From positions 1 to 18,625 of the forward strand of contig JANOAV010000090.1 in NCBI GenBank assembly GCA_031411295.1: a stretch of 18,625 nucleotides of DNA. The letters run 5' to 3'. The translations under genes and the position numbers were made by a program. The notes under the pieces were generated by a model. That model saw only the letters and a list, made by a program, of their open reading frames with translations. It was not told the origin of the DNA and did no database searches. Positions within the stretch are counted from its first letter, which is position 1. The number at the start of each line of letters is the position of its first letter. Positions 16,219-18,625 of the stretch are shown piece after piece. Source of the DNA: Verrucomicrobiales bacterium. GTDB taxonomy: Bacteria > Verrucomicrobiota > Verrucomicrobiia > Verrucomicrobiales > V1-33.

Positions 16219-16752
16219 ATGACCAACGATTTCCCAGACACACCACCCACGCATGCCGAGCAGGTGCAGATGCTGTTTGTGCGCAATGAAGGGGCGATCC
16301 GGGCTTTTGTTCGCGCATTGCAGCCTTCGCTGGCGGATGCGGATGACGTGTTGCAGGAAACGTTTCTCACGGTGTCCCGCAAGGCTGCGTCGTTTCAGCC
16401 CGGGACGAATTTTGTCGCGTGGGCCTGCGGCATCGCGCGGCTGAAGGTGCTGGAGAATTTCCGTCAACGGAAGCGCGCGAATGTGCTGAGCGAGGCCGCC
16501 CTCATCGCACTCGCCAAGGAGGCACCGGCGGCTGAGACGACCTGCCTGCGCGAGGAAGCGCTGAGCCGTTGCATCGAAAAGCTCGCGCCGAAGAGTCGCG
16601 ACCTGCTGTGGCGTCGCTACTCGGGTCGGCAGGACTCCGACGAGATGGCCGATGGTCTCGGCATGACTTCCACCGCCGTCCGAGTGGCCCTTTCCAAAGC
16701 CCGCGCCTTCCTGCGCGATTGTGTGTCCACCGAACTCAAGAGCGCTTCATAA
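16219..16752 (+). CDS. ECF RNA polymerase sigma-70 factor (Planctomycetes/Verrucomicrobia-expanded type)
   Basis: IRAFVRAL..DADDVLQETFL…FQPGTNFVAWACGIAR; region 4 CIEKL…RYSG…MADGLGMTSTAVRVALSKARAFLRDCV. Likely start is the ATG at 16219 (ORF track 16135). Confidence 0.92.
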   Translation: MTNDFPDTPPTHAEQVQMLFVRNEGAIRAFVRALQPSLADADDVLQETFLTVSRKAASFQPGTNFVAWACGIARLKVLENFRQRKRANVLSEAALIALAKEAPAAETTCLREEALSRCIEKLAPKSRDLLWRRYSGRQDSDEMADGLGMTSTAVRVALSKARAFLRDCVSTELKSAS

Positions 16753-16753
16753 A

Positions 16754-18073
16754 ATGAAACTCAGCGAACTCAATGCCCTCATCGAAGACTGCCTCGAAGG
16801 CCGTCTCAGCGAACCGGACTCAGCGAAGCTCAGCGCCCTCCTTGAGCAATCTGCGGAAGCCCGCGCCCGCTATTGGGAGACCGCATCCATCCACGGCCTG
16901 CTAGAGCACTCGATGCAAAACGCATCACTCCGAGTGGTGACCGGCCAGGCATTGCCGACAACGCCGGGAATCAAGCGCTGGTCCACGTGGCGTTCCCTTG
17001 CGGCGGCGGCGCTGGTCGCCTTTACTGCGTTAGGTGTCTGGCTGATGTTCGGATCGTCGCGCAGCACCGTGCGATCTTTTGCCACGATGATGGTGACGAC
17101 AAATGCTCGTTGGTCGGATCCGAATGTGGAGCTTGCTCTCAGCAGTGGTGAGCGGGTTCCGAGTGCGCTGCGGCTGGACTCAGGTCATGCGGAGTTTCAG
17201 TTGCTCGATGGCGCGACCGTCGTGCTCGATGGTCCGGCGAGCGTGCGGTTCGCTGAGCGGAAGACGGTGTTCGTGGATGAGGGACGCGTGTTTTGCAAAT
17301 GCCCGACGCTGGAATCGCGTATCACGGTGGTCACGCCGCAAACGAAGGTGCTGGATCTGGGCACCGAGTTCTCCGTGGATGCTCGCGCGGATGAGAGCAC
17401 GCGCGTGGCGGTGCTGAGCGGGAAGGTGCAGGTGATGTCCCTTAATGCGGGCGTGCTCACGGCGGGCGAGGTCGTGGATGTAAAGCAAGGTCAGGTCGTG
17501 CGCCTGAAGCCGCTCACCAATGACGAGATCACAGAGCTGACGCGTGAGCCTGTGCGGGCGCATGCGGCGAACGATGGTGCGGGGCAGAACCGGCTGCTTG
17601 ATCCAGGCTTTGAAAAGACGCTGCCATCTGCATTCTGGCGCGGCACGGATGATTGCCTGGAGCACGCCGCATCGTTCGGTCGATCCGGCGCGGCGGCGCG
17701 CGTGCGCGCGAGGGAAAAACACTTTCCGTTGGTGAAGCAGCGCGTCGATTGCGGCGATATTTCGGGCAGGGTGGTGCACGCTTCCGTGTGGGCGAAGTCT
17801 CCCCCCGACGATCCGATTTCACCAAGGCAGTTCGCGGTGCTGAAGCTGGCGTTCCTCAATGCCGAAGGTCGGGAGTTTGCCTGCTCGACGCGACACTTCC
17901 TGCACTACGGCCAGCCTGCAAATGTTTACGTTCCCGCGCAACTCACCGCGCAGGCTCCACAGGGCACCCGCTTCGTCGAGGTGCAAGTGATGCTCGCTGC
18001 CGGAAGTCAGAAGGCAGGCAGCGTTTGCTTCGATGATGCTTCGCTTGCGATCGTTGCCGATTCACTAAAATGA
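16754..18073 (+). CDS. FecR-domain transmembrane anti-sigma factor with C-terminal carbohydrate-binding-like domain
   Basis: ATG at 16754, 1 nt after the sigma stop codon. Helical anti-sigma N-terminus (LEGRLS…LLEQSAEARARYWE). TM helix LAAAALVAFTALGVWLMFG. FecR motif VVTPQTKVLDLGTEFSV…VAVLSGKVQV. The tail NRLLDPGFEK…VCFDDASL resembles a galactose-binding-fold/CBM4_9 domain. Confidence 0.85.
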   Translation: MKLSELNALIEDCLEGRLSEPDSAKLSALLEQSAEARARYWETASIHGLLEHSMQNASLRVVTGQALPTTPGIKRWSTWRSLAAAALVAFTALGVWLMFGSSRSTVRSFATMMVTTNARWSDPNVELALSSGERVPSALRLDSGHAEFQLLDGATVVLDGPASVRFAERKTVFVDEGRVFCKCPTLESRITVVTPQTKVLDLGTEFSVDARADESTRVAVLSGKVQVMSLNAGVLTAGEVVDVKQGQVVRLKPLTNDEITELTREPVRAHAANDGAGQNRLLDPGFEKTLPSAFWRGTDDCLEHAASFGRSGAAARVRAREKHFPLVKQRVDCGDISGRVVHASVWAKSPPDDPISPRQFAVLKLAFLNAEGREFACSTRHFLHYGQPANVYVPAQLTAQAPQGTRFVEVQVMLAAGSQKAGSVCFDDASLAIVADSLK

Positions 18074-18116
18074 TTTTTATCCAACCCATCGACCCCTCCT
18101 CTAGATGCCTACTCCC

Positions 18117-18625
18117 ATGAAACCCGCGCCCCTCCGTTCCGACGAACTCACCCGCCGTCGCTTCATCGCGCACACCGCGAAGAGTATGCTTGGCGTTGGC
18201 TTGCTGCCGAACTTCCTCACACGCAACGCGCTCGCCGCCGATGCGACAAAAGGTGGTAAGGCGAAGAATGTAATCTACCTCTACATGGATGGCGGCATGA
18301 GCCACGTCGATACGCTGGACCCAAAAAGCGGCGACGTGATGGGGCCCACGAAGACGATCAAGACCAGTGCGGATGGTATCCAGCTCGGCGAGTATTTGCC
18401 GCACACGGCGAAGGTGATGCATCACGGCACGGTGATCCGTTCGCTCACGTCCACGCAGGGCGCGCATGAGCAGGGGAACTACATGATGCACACGAGCTAC
18501 CAGATGCGCGGGACGATCAATCATCCCTCGATGGGCGCGTGGCTGCAGCACTTCCGCGGGCCCGGCAATGTGACGCTGCCGGGTTCCGTGTATGTCGGCA
18601 ATGCGAGCCGTCATCCGGGCGCGGG
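18117..18625 (+). CDS. DUF1501 family protein with twin-arginine signal (5' part; runs off the window)
   Basis: My manual translation is MKPAPLRSDELTRRRFIAHTAKSMLGVGLL…AKNVIYLYMDGGMSHVDTLDPK…GIQLGEYLPHTAK…IRSLTSTQGAHEQGNYMMHTSY…HPSMGAW, open to the window end. The GGxSHxDTxDPK and HPSxGAW motifs are typical of DUF1501. There is an alternative in-frame ATG at 18105. Absent from the ORF track because it has no stop in the window. Confidence 0.9.
   Translation, partial: MKPAPLRSDELTRRRFIAHTAKSMLGVGLLPNFLTRNALAADATKGGKAKNVIYLYMDGGMSHVDTLDPKSGDVMGPTKTIKTSADGIQLGEYLPHTAKVMHHGTVIRSLTSTQGAHEQGNYMMHTSYQMRGTINHPSMGAWLQHFRGPGNVTLPGSVYVGNASRHPGA

Noticed and set aside
17943..18614. 223-aa minus-strand ORF in the ORF track
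   Set aside because: Antisense shadow of the plus-strand DUF1501 gene (18117->end), which has clear family motifs and a Tat signal.
1..18625. CRISPR arrays, tRNA/rRNA genes, transposases, integrases, known riboswitches
   Set aside because: No regularly spaced repeats, cloverleaf or T-arm motifs, or recombinase/transposase motifs were seen. Intergenic gaps are all under 400 nt. An Infernal/Rfam scan would be needed to exclude small RNAs.

Overview
Gene-dense bacterial chromosomal window. It is probably Verrucomicrobiota (Verrucomicrobiaceae-like); this is inferred from the ECF/FecR/DUF1501 and DUF5722 gene content and the mostly non-Shine-Dalgarno, C/A-rich start contexts. Housekeeping genes are bioA, an opgG/opgD-family glucan gene, a lipoprotein MurNAc-L-Ala amidase, a class V PLP aminotransferase, ctaB/cyoE plus sco, and dapF. 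Accessory secreted or regulatory loci lie between them: (i) an exported azurin-like blue-copper + PA14 + unknown-domain fusion; (ii) a pair of exported hypothetical proteins with a candidate operator over their promoter; (iii) a co-oriented cluster of a DUF5722-like GH-A barrel, an ~800-aa protein with GH-A (GH42-like) motifs that I cannot assign to a family, and an ECF sigma factor with no adjacent anti-sigma or kinase; (iv) an ECF sigma / FecR-type anti-sigma with a carbohydrate-binding-like tail / Tat-exported DUF1501 module that runs off the right edge. Two elements are missing from the ORF track: a 59-codon 3' remnant of a LacI-fold regulator (15878-16057, minus) whose breakpoint coincides with a perfect hairpin, and the DUF1501 gene start (18117->end). 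I saw no rRNA, tRNA, CRISPR array or transposase. All family calls come from motif recognition by eye, not database searches.
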